From Bacteroidales bacterium (GTDB taxonomy: Bacteria; Bacteroidota; Bacteroidia; Bacteroidales; UBA10428): 64,000 bases of DNA. The translations under genes were made by a program, and so were the position numbers. Location: assembly GCA_035913795.1 (NCBI GenBank), contig JAMIIA010000174.1, positions 50,325 to 114,324 of the forward strand, written 5' to 3'. The notes under the pieces are model-generated. The model was not told the DNA's origin. It saw only the letters and a list, made by a program, of their open reading frames with translations, and ran no database searches. Below are positions 37,375 to 47,642 of the stretch, piece by piece. Each line of letters opens with the position of its first letter. Positions within the stretch are counted from its first letter, which is position 1.

Positions 37375-38211
37375 TTAAGAATTAAATATTTCGGCAACTC
37401 CCTGTTTGTTACTAATTACGGCATTAAACAGCATCTCGAGGTTTATGCTGGTTTCTGTCATTGTAGTGTTTTGTTTCACTACCGAATATCCGGTAAGGGA
37501 CGATTCGGAATAAACCACCGTGCTATTGTCTGGCGCCTGAGTTTGCCTGGAGAATGCAAGCTTCTCTGATATTTCCTCTATGCTGTGGTGGAAAACAATT
37601 TTACCTTCATCGAGAATAATTATAGGGTCAATAAGATTTTCCATATCGCGCACCTGATGAGTAGAGATAATAAAGCTGCGTTCTTCGTGAATGGCATTGG
37701 CAACTATTTTGCGAAACTGACTTTTCGATGGGATATCGAGTCCATTTGTGGGTTCATCGAGAATCAGCAGCCGGCAATCTGTGGCCAGGCCGAACGATAG
37801 CAAAAAGTTTTTCTTTTGGCCATAAGACAAGTCATTAAGCTTTTTATCGCGCGGCAACTTAAACTCGTTCAGGTATTCGTCGAACAAACTATGATTGAAA
37901 CGGGGATAAAACGGACTATACAAGCTTACAAATCGCTCCATTTTCATCGAGGGTAGCGAAAACTCCTCGGTTACCAGGTATATTTCACGTAAAAATTGAG
38001 GAGTACGACTCTTTGGCTCAAGGTTCATTACTTCAATATTTCCTTTTTTTGGAAACAACAAACCGGTAATCAGGTATAGTAAAGTTGATTTTCCGGCTCC
38101 GTTCTTGCCAAGCAATCCATAAATATTTCCTGCGGGGAGTTGAACAGACAGCTGGTCGAAGAGCATTTGCTTTCGGTTATAACTAAAGCAGAGGTTTTCG
38201 ATTCGTATCAT
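37375..38211 (-). CDS. ABC transporter ATP-binding protein
   Basis: GKNGAGKS, LSYGQKK and LILDEPTNGLD. Confidence 0.95.
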   Translation of the reverse strand: MIRIENLCFSYNRKQMLFDQLSVQLPAGNIYGLLGKNGAGKSTLLYLITGLLFPKKGNIEVMNLEPKSRTPQFLREIYLVTEEFSLPSMKMERFVSLYSPFYPRFNHSLFDEYLNEFKLPRDKKLNDLSYGQKKNFLLSFGLATDCRLLILDEPTNGLDIPSKSQFRKIVANAIHEERSFIISTHQVRDMENLIDPIIILDEGKIVFHHSIEEISEKLAFSRQTQAPDNSTVVYSESSLTGYSVVKQNTTMTETSINLEMLFNAVISNKQGVAEIFNS

Positions 38212-38226
38212 TTCGTTTGGTAAATT

Positions 38227-38250
38227 AGTGTATTACATAACTAATACACT
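38227..38250. promoter_or_regulatory. YtrA/GntR operator palindrome
   Basis: Perfect AGTGTATTA-cataac-TAATACACT, 16 bp upstream of the operon start. Confidence 0.75.
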
Positions 38251-38329
38251 GCAATAGTACGATCAAAATTCTTTTTTACCAAATTTTTTCTAGAATTTTT
38301 GGTAATGATGCCAATAAATAGGAGAAATA

Positions 38330-38563
38330 ATGACTGGTTTTAAAGAAACTGCAAATACTGCAAAGTTTGCTACACCTGAATTAAGAGGCTTATTTGATGA
38401 ATGGTGCCAGCAAATAGAAATAGAGATTTTAGAATTTATTAAAGAAAAAAAAGCAATAAAAATGGACGAATTATCTGCCAAATTTATTCTTTCGGAAGAA
38501 AGCCTAAAATATCTGCTAAGTAGATTGGCTTGTAAAAATTTAATTGATTTTAAAATTAATTAA
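38330..38563 (+). CDS. Small hypothetical protein, possible winged helix
   Basis: AGGAGA precedes the ATG; ATPELRGLFDEW...LSEESLKYLLSRLA. Confidence 0.6.
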   Translation: MTGFKETANTAKFATPELRGLFDEWCQQIEIEILEFIKEKKAIKMDELSAKFILSEESLKYLLSRLACKNLIDFKIN

Positions 38564-38576
38564 TTACCCGCCCTAA

Positions 38577-38675
38577 ATATAACTAATGCGCCATCTCTGC
38601 CGAAGGTCGTCGACTTTTAACCAAGCCTTAAAAAAATGAAGGTTTTATGCGGCAAAGTGGCGCCACCAGTTAGCT
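38577..38675 (-). repeat. Isolated attC-like site (99 bp)
   Basis: Minus strand: AGCTAAC tggtggcgccactttgccg ... cggcagagatggcgcatta GTTATAT, 19 bp after the stop of 38695-38910. Confidence 0.55.
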
Positions 38676-38694
38676 TTGTCGGCAGTGGGGTATT

Positions 38695-38910
38695 TTATAA
38701 ATAAATTGCAATAAGTACTATTGCCAATAATAAACCAATAATTACCACATAAGCCAAAGGCTGACCAAAATTGATTGTATATCCCGCAGAGGGAATTGAT
38801 TTTGGAACAAATAGTCTTTTATCTTTTCTATTAGAGTAAAAACCACCAGATAGTATGGTTAGGACATTGCCAATCGAATTAAAACCTCTGGTACTTTGTT
38901 TCGTTTTCAT
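38695..38910 (-). CDS. DUF5808-like small membrane protein
   Basis: FYSNRKDKRLFVPK..GYTINFGQP followed by a TM segment. Confidence 0.7.
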   Translation of the reverse strand: MKTKQSTRGFNSIGNVLTILSGGFYSNRKDKRLFVPKSIPSAGYTINFGQPLAYVVIIGLLLAIVLIAIYL

Positions 38911-39170
38911 TTTCTGTCATTTTAAAACGTAACATCAAAATAGATTCATTAATACTTCTATAATACAACCCATTCAGGGCTTTCCAGCAAGTCAAACGGT
39001 GAGTAATTTAAGCAATTTAAGTTTCATTGGAAAATACATTCATTTCAATTGTGGGTTTGTTAACGGAAAAGGCACCATAATCCAACCTCATCCAGTTATT
39101 GAGGATGATCTTAACCTGATTTTAACACCACACAAGTGTTTATGCCTTAAAAATGCACTAATTTTGTACC

Positions 39171-39563
39171 ATGCAAAAATGGCTTTCCATAGTATTTACA
39201 TTGTTTTACCTTTCGGTTACTTCGATCGATGCCATTAATTTTCATTTCTGTCATGGCAGGCTGGTAGATGTTTCTCTCAATATTCCTGAAAAATCATGTT
39301 GTGGTGATCTCTCATCTATTCATAGTGCTTGCTGCGCAAATGTGTTGGTAGATATTGAAGTGGATGAGAATCAGCTCATCGCTGGTGCTGTCTCAGAGTT
39401 TATTCCTCAATTTTCCGCTTCCAACCAACAAAGCGATGCGTTTTTATTTCAACCCGAACAGTCCTCTTCCGACAAGGCAAATTCTCCAGACCTTTCTCCG
39501 CCATTGAGCGTTCATCCCCCATTTTATCTTGTCTATCATTCGTTTCTCTTTTACCATTCTTAA
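39171..39563 (+). CDS. HYC_CC_PP-family protein
   Basis: Signal-like N-terminus, HFC, SCC, CC and C-terminal SPP..HPP; lies upstream of HMA and TBDR genes. Confidence 0.75.
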   Translation: MQKWLSIVFTLFYLSVTSIDAINFHFCHGRLVDVSLNIPEKSCCGDLSSIHSACCANVLVDIEVDENQLIAGAVSEFIPQFSASNQQSDAFLFQPEQSSSDKANSPDLSPPLSVHPPFYLVYHSFLFYHS

Positions 39564-39622
39564 ACTGGTCTTAATTTTTCTTCCTGAAAACATTCAGTTT
39601 AATAATTTTAAATTTTTCTATC

Positions 39623-39979
39623 ATGATACGATTGATATTCGTTTGTAACCTTGTATTTCTTTCTTTTCTTTCTTCGAATAGGGTTTTAGCCCAGCAATCC
39701 AATCAAGCCGAAGCGCAATTTGAGGTAGAAGGGGTATGCGAACAGTGCAAAGCCCGCATCGAAAATGCAGCTTATATAAAAGGTGTAAAATTTTGCGAGT
39801 GGAACAAAAACACCCAAACACTCAAAGTAGTGTACAATGCCGATAAGGTTTCGCTGGAAAGCATACAAAACAGCATTGCATTAGCCGGACACACTGCCGG
39901 AGCCCTTGAAGCCGATTCCATTGCCTATAAAAAACTCCCATCGTGCTGCGCCTACCGCGATGGAGCTCGGGTACATTAA
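39623..39979 (+). CDS. Periplasmic heavy-metal-associated (HMA) protein
   Basis: Signal peptide; VEGVCEQCKARIE; LPSCCAY. Confidence 0.85.
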   Translation: MIRLIFVCNLVFLSFLSSNRVLAQQSNQAEAQFEVEGVCEQCKARIENAAYIKGVKFCEWNKNTQTLKVVYNADKVSLESIQNSIALAGHTAGALEADSIAYKKLPSCCAYRDGARVH

Positions 39980-39981
39980 AA

Positions 39982-42213
39982 ATGAAAATGAAGCTTTTTA
40001 TTGTATTCATTTTACTTTTTCAGGCTTTTCTGGGAGTTACAGCGCAGCCAGCTCCGGAAATCATAACTGGAAAGGTATTCGAATCGGAACACGGACATCA
40101 CCATCCCCTTTCGGGGGCCAATATTTATTGGGCAGGTACCACGCAGGGTACCATTTCTATACCTGATGGCAGTTTTTCCATCGAGCGAAACAGTTCCACC
40201 AATCTTTTAGTGGTGAGTTTTGCGGGCTGTAAGTCCGATACTTTGGTAACCGATCAGCTCAATTATTTCGAAATTATACTAGATAACATTTATGAAATTG
40301 AAGTTGTGGAGGTTGTTAAGCGAGCCAAAACTACCAGTTTTTCCATGATCAATCCGATAAAAGTGGAAAAAATATCGGAGACAGAACTTCATAAAGCGGC
40401 TTGCTGTAATCTTTCAGAAAGTTTCGAAACCAATGCCTCCGTCGATGTTAGCTTTACCGATGCCATTACTGGTACCAAACAAATACAGTTACTCGGACTG
40501 GCCGGTCCCTATACACAGATTACACGCGAAAACATACCTGATATTCGAGGTTTATCGGCCATTTATGGTTTGGAGTATATTCCCGGAACATGGATTGAAA
40601 GCATTCAGCTTAACAAAGGAACAGGTTCGGTAATAAACGGATTCGAAAGCATAGCCGGACAGATTAATGTGGAACTTCGCAAACCCGAATCGGCCGATAA
40701 GCTTTATTTCAATGCCTATGTCAATCAGGATTCGAGGGTGGAAGCCAACCTGAATCTCGCTCAAAAAATTAACGACAAACTTTCCACAGGTCTTTTACTG
40801 CATGCCCGCACGCAGCGGACAGAAATGGATGGCAACGAAGATGGTTTTATGGATAAACCACTCGGAGAGCAACTAATCGTGCTGAACCGATGGAATTTTC
40901 ATACACCGGATCGATGGGAGTCGCAAGTTGGAATTCGGGCAACTTTTAACCGCAATACAGGCGGACAGATGGGTTACTCAGAAAATGCTCCTTCCGGTTT
41001 ATGGGGCATGAACATGGAAACCAACCGCCTCGAAGGCTGGCTGAAAATAGGGAAAGTGTTTGATAAGAACCCTTCACAGAGTATCGGAACCCAATTTTCG
41101 GGTTTGGTACATGATCATAAATCGTCCTTTGGTAAAAAGCAATATGCAGGCAACCAAAAATCGCTTTATGCCAATTTCATCTTTCAATCGGTGCAGAATA
41201 TTTTTCATAGTTATAAAGCGGGGTTTAGTTTTCAGTACGACGATTATACAGAGTCACTCGATAGTTTAAACTTTCTTAGACAGGAAATGGTTCCGGGTGT
41301 TTTTGCCGAGTACAATTTCTCGCCAAACGACCATTTCGATCTTGTAATGGGAATGCGCGCCGATTACCACAATCTTTACGGTGTGTTTTTTACCCCGAGG
41401 ATGCATCTCCGTTATGCTCTGGCAGAGCATTCGGTTATGAGGTTCTCGGCCGGTCGCGGTCAGCGCACGGCATCCATCATCGCGGAAAACAATTCTGTCC
41501 TGGCTTCGTCACGGAGTTTTATCATACGTCCATCGGAAGAAACATTTCCCTATGGTCTTGATAAAGAAGTGGCCTGGAACTTTGGAACAAATTTTACCCA
41601 GAACTTTAAATTGGGCTATCGCGAAGGAACATTTTCGGCAGATTATTACTATACCCTTTTTACCAGCCAGGTAGTTGTGGATATGGATCAAAGTCCGCAG
41701 GAAATAATATTTTACAATCTGGATGGTAAATCTTACGCAAGCAGCATGCAGGTTCAGCTCGATTACGAGTTGTTGCCACGTTTCGATATTCGGTTGGCTT
41801 ACCGTTGGTACGAGCTGCGCACACAGTATTTATCGGGTATGTTGCAAAAACCTTTGGTTTCTCCGCACCGTTCGTTTGCCAACCTTGCCTATCGCACACG
41901 TAAGCATTGGAGTTTCGATTATACCCTGCAGTGGAATAGCAGCAAGCGTATACCATATACAGAATCGAACCCCGTGGCTTATCGTCTGGAGAACCATTCG
42001 CCCTCATTTTTTCTGATGAATGCGCAAGTAAGTAAACAATGGGCTGAAAAATTCGATGTGTATCTGGGGGTGGAAAATATGCTCGACTATAAACAACCCA
42101 ATCCTATTCTTGCTGCATCTGACCCTTTTAGCGAGTATTTCGATGCCTCGCTTATCTGGGGGCCCATTTTTGGACGTATGTTTTATGCCGGCGTAAGATT
42201 TCGGATACCCTAG
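39982..42213 (+). CDS. TonB-dependent receptor (metal-uptake context)
   Basis: CarboxypepD_reg-like domain; plug with AACCNLSESFE; C-terminal YAGVRFRI. Confidence 0.9.
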   Translation: MKMKLFIVFILLFQAFLGVTAQPAPEIITGKVFESEHGHHHPLSGANIYWAGTTQGTISIPDGSFSIERNSSTNLLVVSFAGCKSDTLVTDQLNYFEIILDNIYEIEVVEVVKRAKTTSFSMINPIKVEKISETELHKAACCNLSESFETNASVDVSFTDAITGTKQIQLLGLAGPYTQITRENIPDIRGLSAIYGLEYIPGTWIESIQLNKGTGSVINGFESIAGQINVELRKPESADKLYFNAYVNQDSRVEANLNLAQKINDKLSTGLLLHARTQRTEMDGNEDGFMDKPLGEQLIVLNRWNFHTPDRWESQVGIRATFNRNTGGQMGYSENAPSGLWGMNMETNRLEGWLKIGKVFDKNPSQSIGTQFSGLVHDHKSSFGKKQYAGNQKSLYANFIFQSVQNIFHSYKAGFSFQYDDYTESLDSLNFLRQEMVPGVFAEYNFSPNDHFDLVMGMRADYHNLYGVFFTPRMHLRYALAEHSVMRFSAGRGQRTASIIAENNSVLASSRSFIIRPSEETFPYGLDKEVAWNFGTNFTQNFKLGYREGTFSADYYYTLFTSQVVVDMDQSPQEIIFYNLDGKSYASSMQVQLDYELLPRFDIRLAYRWYELRTQYLSGMLQKPLVSPHRSFANLAYRTRKHWSFDYTLQWNSSKRIPYTESNPVAYRLENHSPSFFLMNAQVSKQWAEKFDVYLGVENMLDYKQPNPILAASDPFSEYFDASLIWGPIFGRMFYAGVRFRIP

Positions 42214-42237
42214 CAAGAACAGGGTAGTAAAAAAGTT

Positions 42238-42927
42238 TCAGGCCGATGCAATGGCAAGGTAAGATACTGTTGTTCCTTTTGCACGTAGAAGCTCCTCCAT
42301 GCAGGCTTCAGAAGTAGCACCGGTGGTTACAACATCGTCTATCACAAGAAGGTGTTTGCCTGTCAGAGCTTCGGGTCGGGTTAGCAGAAAGGCACCTTCC
42401 ACATTTTGCCAGCGCTCGTAACGGGTTTTGGCTGTTTGGCTCCGCGTGGGTTTGCAACGAATTATGGCCTTGCTTTCAAGGGGTATGTTTAAACTTGCAC
42501 TTAAGCCTTTTGCTATCATTTCGCTCTGGTTGTAGCCTCTCTTGCGCTGGCGCGATGCATGTAGGGGGATAGGAATTATAAGATCGGCATTCGCGTATGG
42601 AGTACCCTGGAGTTTTACACCGGAAATTTTACCAAGCACAATGCCTATTTCGTTTTTTCCTTTGTATTTTAAATTATGCAAGAGGTGCTGCAGAGTACTT
42701 CCTTTTTCGAAAAATAACATCGAAGCGGCATTCTCAATACTAATTCGACCCCAGAATAAAGCAGACACCGGATTATCTGCCGATTTCCAATAGTGTGTAA
42801 AAGGAAGGTTAGCCAGGCAAGAAGTGCAAACCCTGCTTTCGTTGCCGGCCAGAGTATTGCCACAGGCATCACAGATGCCGGGGAACAACAGATTAACAAA
42901 TGCTTTAAAGTAGTTTGTAAGAGCCAA
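42238..42927 (-). CDS. comF: ComF-family double zinc ribbon/phosphoribosyltransferase
   Basis: CDAC...CTSC, IPIPLH..RGYNQS and LVIDDVVTTGAT. Confidence 0.9.
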   Translation of the reverse strand: MALTNYFKAFVNLLFPGICDACGNTLAGNESRVCTSCLANLPFTHYWKSADNPVSALFWGRISIENAASMLFFEKGSTLQHLLHNLKYKGKNEIGIVLGKISGVKLQGTPYANADLIIPIPLHASRQRKRGYNQSEMIAKGLSASLNIPLESKAIIRCKPTRSQTAKTRYERWQNVEGAFLLTRPEALTGKHLLVIDDVVTTGATSEACMEELLRAKGTTVSYLAIASA

Positions 42928-42930
42928 ATA

Positions 42931-43344
42931 TTAATTGATTTTTATTTCATGCGTAACCAGAAACGATTTACGGTACATAGCACTCACACCGCAATACTTC
43001 TCCTGCGATAGGTTGATGGCTTTTTCGAGTTTATCCAAGGGCAGATCTTTTCCGCCGAATTTGTAAATAATGTGCATATTGGTATAAACTTTCGGGTGAT
43101 CTTCAGTCATATCCCCAATCACTTCTAAGTCGAAACTGTCGAGCTCTACTTTCATTTTTTCTAAAATCGACACTACATCCATGCCAGTGCAGCCGGCAAG
43201 GGCCAAGAGCATAAGTGGTTTAGGCCGTGGTCCTTTTCCATCGCCACCCGATTCCTTTTTTGCATCCACTTGTATTTTGTGTCCATCAATTTCGGCAGCG
43301 AAGCTCATTCTTCCTGTCCAATTTACATTCAGTGTTTCTTTCAT
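42931..43344 (-). CDS. OsmC/YhfA-family protein
   Basis: GPRPKPLMLLALAGCTGMDV and EKYCGVS. Confidence 0.9.
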   Translation of the reverse strand: MKETLNVNWTGRMSFAAEIDGHKIQVDAKKESGGDGKGPRPKPLMLLALAGCTGMDVVSILEKMKVELDSFDLEVIGDMTEDHPKVYTNMHIIYKFGGKDLPLDKLEKAINLSQEKYCGVSAMYRKSFLVTHEIKIN

Positions 43345-43647
43345 AATGTATTAATCTACTGTTTTAATCGATACCGAAGAAGAGAACAAGAATACTACAA
43401 ATTCGTTCATTTCATAAAAGAAAATCTTGCCTCAATATTCAAATAAGAAGTTGATAAACAGTTATTTTGAAAGATACAAATTTATATTTGTGCGACAGAA
43501 TGAAAATCCGTTATATTTTTCGTGAAGCCAATAAAATAATTCGTACTAAACCCTTATCTTTCGGCGTTTATGCAAAATAATATTTAGGTTTAGTTAAGAT
43601 TTTTTATCTTTAGTAAAGCCTAATTAGAATTTGAAAATCAATTTGCC

Positions 43648-44355
43648 ATGATGAAATCTTCGAATGAATCGGTCAATATTCGTCAGTTTTTACACGAAAA
43701 CACTGTTTTCAAGCATCTTACTCAAAAAGAACTGGAGTTGATCCCTGTTGATGAGGACCCGGATTTTTATCAACGCAACGAACTTTTATACGAAGAAGGT
43801 AGCCGCATCAACGGTTTTTATTGTGTATTGCGCGGTATCGTAAAGATTTTTAAAACAGGTTTCGACGGAAAGGATATGATTATTCGCTTTGCTAAACCGG
43901 GCGATATCATGGGTTTTCGTTCTACTATTACAGGTGAATTGGCTTGTACTTCAACAAAAGTGATAGAAGATTCAGCGGTGTGTTACATTCCTGGCGATCT
44001 GGTAAAATCGTTTGTGCGAAGCAATGGCGATTTTGCCATGGACTTGCTGGAACTGGCCTGCAAGGAACTTGGCGAGGCCAATGACTATATTACCGACATT
44101 GCGCAAAAAACTGTACGCGAGCGCCTTGCCGAAGTGCTGATACACCTGAAATGGACTTTTAACCTCGACGGCGATAATTTTCTGCAAATATCCCTTACCC
44201 GCGAAGAATTGGCTAACCTGGTTGGCACTGCTACCGAGTCGGTAATTCGTTTACTCTCTGAATTTAAACAAGACAAGCTCATCGAATTGCACGGCCGCAA
44301 AATTAAAATCGTAGACGAGGCCAAGCTTATAAAAATCGGAAACATGCACTATTAA
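43648..44355 (+). CDS. Crp/Fnr-family regulator
   Basis: cNMP-binding domain; TVRERLA; LTREELANLVGTATESVIRLLS. Confidence 0.9.
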   Translation: MMKSSNESVNIRQFLHENTVFKHLTQKELELIPVDEDPDFYQRNELLYEEGSRINGFYCVLRGIVKIFKTGFDGKDMIIRFAKPGDIMGFRSTITGELACTSTKVIEDSAVCYIPGDLVKSFVRSNGDFAMDLLELACKELGEANDYITDIAQKTVRERLAEVLIHLKWTFNLDGDNFLQISLTREELANLVGTATESVIRLLSEFKQDKLIELHGRKIKIVDEAKLIKIGNMHY

Positions 44356-44436
44356 TGTGTATTTTCGTTTTACTGAATTTATTTCGTATCGGGTGCTCTG
44401 CATATGGAGACGGCTCCATTAATTCTAAACCAAAAG

Positions 44437-45243
44437 ATGGAAATTAAAGATTTGCTTCTGCCTTTCGGCCTTACATTGTTTGCTGGCTTGGCAACAGGCA
44501 TTGGCAGTGCCATTGCTTTTTTTGCAAAAACCACCAATACCCGTTTTTTATCAGTTGCCCTTGGTTTTTCGGCAGGAGTAATGATTTATGTGGCCTTGGT
44601 GGAGATTTTCCAGAAAGCACGTACATCACTCGAATCGGCCTATGGCGAGCCAATGGGATATTGGATTACCGCCCTGGCTTTTTTTGGTGGCATTTTGCTT
44701 ATTGCCATTATCGACAAAATGGTGCCAAGTTATGAGAACCCGCACGAGCTGAAAAAAATAGAAGACGTAGACAAGCAAAATTTTGATAAGAAAAAGCTGA
44801 TGCGTTTGGGTTTGTTTTCGGCTTTGGCTATCGGAATTCACAACTTTCCTGAAGGATTGGCCACTTTTATTGCTGCTGTGCACGAACCAGCCTATGGTAT
44901 CGCCATTGCTGTAGCCATTGCCATTCATAACATCCCTGAAGGTATTGCCGTTTCAGTGCCGGTATATTATGCCACTGGCGACAAAAAAAAGGCTTTCAAG
45001 CTTTCCTTTTTATCGGGTCTTGCCGAACCTGTGGGTGCTGTGGTAGGTTACCTGCTTTTGTTGCCCTTTATGAGCGATGCCCTCTTCGGAATCCTGTTTG
45101 CCTCCGTGGCCGGTATCATGGTATTTATCTCGCTCGATGAACTTTTACCTGCTGCGCGCGAGTATGGCCGCCCTCACTGGGCTATTTACGGCCTTATTGC
45201 CGGTATGATGATAATGAGCGCCAGCCTGATATTGTTCATTTAG
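44437..45243 (+). CDS. zupT: ZIP-family zinc transporter
   Basis: [21 protein letters not shown] and SGLAEP. The ORF track starts at 44404. Confidence 0.9.
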   Translation: MEIKDLLLPFGLTLFAGLATGIGSAIAFFAKTTNTRFLSVALGFSAGVMIYVALVEIFQKARTSLESAYGEPMGYWITALAFFGGILLIAIIDKMVPSYENPHELKKIEDVDKQNFDKKKLMRLGLFSALAIGIHNFPEGLATFIAAVHEPAYGIAIAVAIAIHNIPEGIAVSVPVYYATGDKKKAFKLSFLSGLAEPVGAVVGYLLLLPFMSDALFGILFASVAGIMVFISLDELLPAAREYGRPHWAIYGLIAGMMIMSASLILFI

Positions 45244-45247
45244 TGCA

Positions 45248-45685
45248 ATGAAATACAATATACGCTCCTTAATACATGTAGCCCTTCAGATAGGCTTATT
45301 CTTTGTTCTGTTCTTTTCTACCGATTTTTATTGGCATCTTCTTTCTATGCTTTTTATGGCAGCCGGAGTAGCACTTGCTTTTTGGGCTATTTACCAATTT
45401 AGAGGGGGTGGTTTAACAGCCTTCCCGGAGCCTAAACCAGATAGAGATCTTATTTGCAGTGGTCCTTACAAGCAAATCCGGCATCCGATGTACAGTTCAC
45501 TTTTTCTTGTTATCACTTCCTTACTCATCATGGAGTTTAACGGCTTTCGAATGGCTATTGCCCTGGCTTTTTTAGTAAACCAGGTTTTAAAGCTGCTTTA
45601 CGAAGAAAAAATGCTGCTGGAACGAATGCCCGGGTATCAAAATTACATGCAAAACAGCTGGCGACTTCTTCCCTTTGTGTTCTAA
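45248..45685 (+). CDS. Isoprenylcysteine carboxyl methyltransferase-family protein
   Basis: GPYKQIRHPMYS and EEKML...Y..YM. Confidence 0.85.
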   Translation: MKYNIRSLIHVALQIGLFFVLFFSTDFYWHLLSMLFMAAGVALAFWAIYQFRGGGLTAFPEPKPDRDLICSGPYKQIRHPMYSSLFLVITSLLIMEFNGFRMAIALAFLVNQVLKLLYEEKMLLERMPGYQNYMQNSWRLLPFVF

Positions 45686-45877
45686 AAAGCCCATGCGACA
45701 AGCGTAATTACTTTATTTTTAACAAAATATAGAAATTAGTAAAAAAGCATTACCTTTGTGCCGATTTAAACACCCTTCCATTATTTTAATCCTCACATCA
45801 AGTAATTAGAATTATAAATTTGGGTCCCGTTAAAAGTCCGGCGTGGAGTTTTTTCAGGATCTGATTAAACTATTAGT

Positions 45878-47587
45878 ATGACTTTTAACGAAACAGGTTT
45901 AAACGAAGCAATTCTTCGTGCTATAACCGAAATGGGATTTATTAATCCCACACCCATTCAGGAAAAAACCATTCCTCAGATTCTAGAATCAAAAAACGAC
46001 CTTGTGGCTCTTGCGCAAACCGGCACCGGAAAAACGGCGGCTTTTGGCTTGCCAGTGTTGCAACTCACCGAAATAGCGAACAGAGATGTTCAGACACTGG
46101 TGCTTTGTCCTACACGCGAACTGGGTTTGCAGATTACAAAAGATCTTCAGAACTATTCGAAGTACATAAAAGGCTTTAAGGTAGTGCCTGTATATGGCGG
46201 TGCAGCCATAGTCAATCAAATCAGAGAAGTAAAAGCCGGAGCCCATGTGGTAGTTGGCACTCCCGGACGCACACTCGACCTGATTAAACGCAAGGTGCTC
46301 AAACTCGAATACATTCGCTGGCTAATTCTTGACGAGGCCGACGAAATGTTAAACATGGGTTTTAAAGAAGACCTCGATGCCATTTTGCAGGGAACACCTG
46401 CCAGCAGACAAACGCTTCTATTTTCGGCTACCATGCCAAAGGAAATTGAGCGCATCTCGAAAAACTACATGAAAAATCCCGACCAGCTATCGGTAGGTAA
46501 ACGCAATGCAGGTGCCGATAATGTAAAGCACGAATATTATATGGTGCGGGCAAAAGACCGTTATGAAACACTCAAACGGGTGGCCGATTTAAATCCGAAT
46601 ATTTATGGCATTGTGTTTTGTCGTACACGTGCCGAAACCAAAGAGGTAGCCGATAAATTGATGCAAGACGGCTACAATGCCGATACCCTTCATGGCGATT
46701 TAAGCCAGGCGCAGCGCGATTATGTTATGGGCCGTTTTCGCCAGAAACACCTGCAGATATTGGTAGCTACTGATGTGGCAGCCCGCGGTTTGGATGTGAA
46801 CGACCTTTCGCATGTAATCAACTTTAATTTGCCAGACGACCTTGAGGTTTACGTGCACCGTAGCGGCCGCACAGGTCGTGCAGGAAAAAGCGGAGTTTCT
46901 ATTTCCATTGTGCATACAAAGGAAACAGGACATATTCGTGAGCTGGAGCGCATGACCCAAAAGAAATTTGAACAAAAACAAGTGCCCGATGGACGTGCCA
47001 TCTGCGAAAAACAGCTCTTTCACCTTGTCGATATTGTTGAAAATATTCATGTCGACAATCACCAAATTGAACAATACCTTCCGGTTATTTATAAGAAACT
47101 CGAATGGCTCGATCGGGAAGAACTTATCAAGCATTTTGTTTCGGTAGAGTTTAACCGCTTTTTAGCCTATTATAAAGATGCTCCCGATTTGAATGTGAAG
47201 GCGGGCGCCGAACGAAACGAAATAAGACAGGAGAGGGGTGGCAGTAGGAGCAGAGTGAAATTTGCACGTTTTCACATCAACATTGGTACCAACAACAAAG
47301 CCAATGCTTCCTATTTGCTCAACATGATTAACGATGTAGTTCCTGGCGGAAAAATAGAAATAGGAAAAATAGATATTCTTCGTAATTTCTCCTTTTTCGA
47401 AGCAGACAGCAACCACGAAGAAGTAATTCTGAAAGCCTTTCAGAACACCTTTATCGGAGATTTACCCATTGTGGTTACCAAATCGAAGGAAGATAAAGCA
47501 GAAAGGGATACACGCGACCGGGTTGGTGGTGGCGGAAGGGTAAACTTTCCCGATAAGAATAAGAAACGCAAACGCAAACAATGGTAA
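45878..47587 (+). CDS. DEAD-box RNA helicase with DbpA-type RNA-binding domain
   Basis: Q motif, AQTGTGKT, PTREL, DEAD, SAT and HRSGRTGRAG. Confidence 0.95.
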   Translation: MTFNETGLNEAILRAITEMGFINPTPIQEKTIPQILESKNDLVALAQTGTGKTAAFGLPVLQLTEIANRDVQTLVLCPTRELGLQITKDLQNYSKYIKGFKVVPVYGGAAIVNQIREVKAGAHVVVGTPGRTLDLIKRKVLKLEYIRWLILDEADEMLNMGFKEDLDAILQGTPASRQTLLFSATMPKEIERISKNYMKNPDQLSVGKRNAGADNVKHEYYMVRAKDRYETLKRVADLNPNIYGIVFCRTRAETKEVADKLMQDGYNADTLHGDLSQAQRDYVMGRFRQKHLQILVATDVAARGLDVNDLSHVINFNLPDDLEVYVHRSGRTGRAGKSGVSISIVHTKETGHIRELERMTQKKFEQKQVPDGRAICEKQLFHLVDIVENIHVDNHQIEQYLPVIYKKLEWLDREELIKHFVSVEFNRFLAYYKDAPDLNVKAGAERNEIRQERGGSRSRVKFARFHINIGTNNKANASYLLNMINDVVPGGKIEIGKIDILRNFSFFEADSNHEEVILKAFQNTFIGDLPIVVTKSKEDKAERDTRDRVGGGGRVNFPDKNKKRKRKQW

Positions 47588-47592
47588 AATAT

Positions 47593-47620
47593 AAAAAGGT
47601 GCTCACAAGGCACCTTTTTT
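47593..47620. terminator. Bidirectional intrinsic terminator
   Basis: AAAAAGGTGC tcacaag GCACCTTTTTT. Confidence 0.8.
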
Positions 47621-47642
47621 ATTTATAGCCAGCGGCATTCGA

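Noticed and set aside
43345-43647. FNR/CRP box between osmC-like and Crp/Fnr genes
   Set aside because: Only half-sites (TTGAT, ATCAA) without correct spacing.
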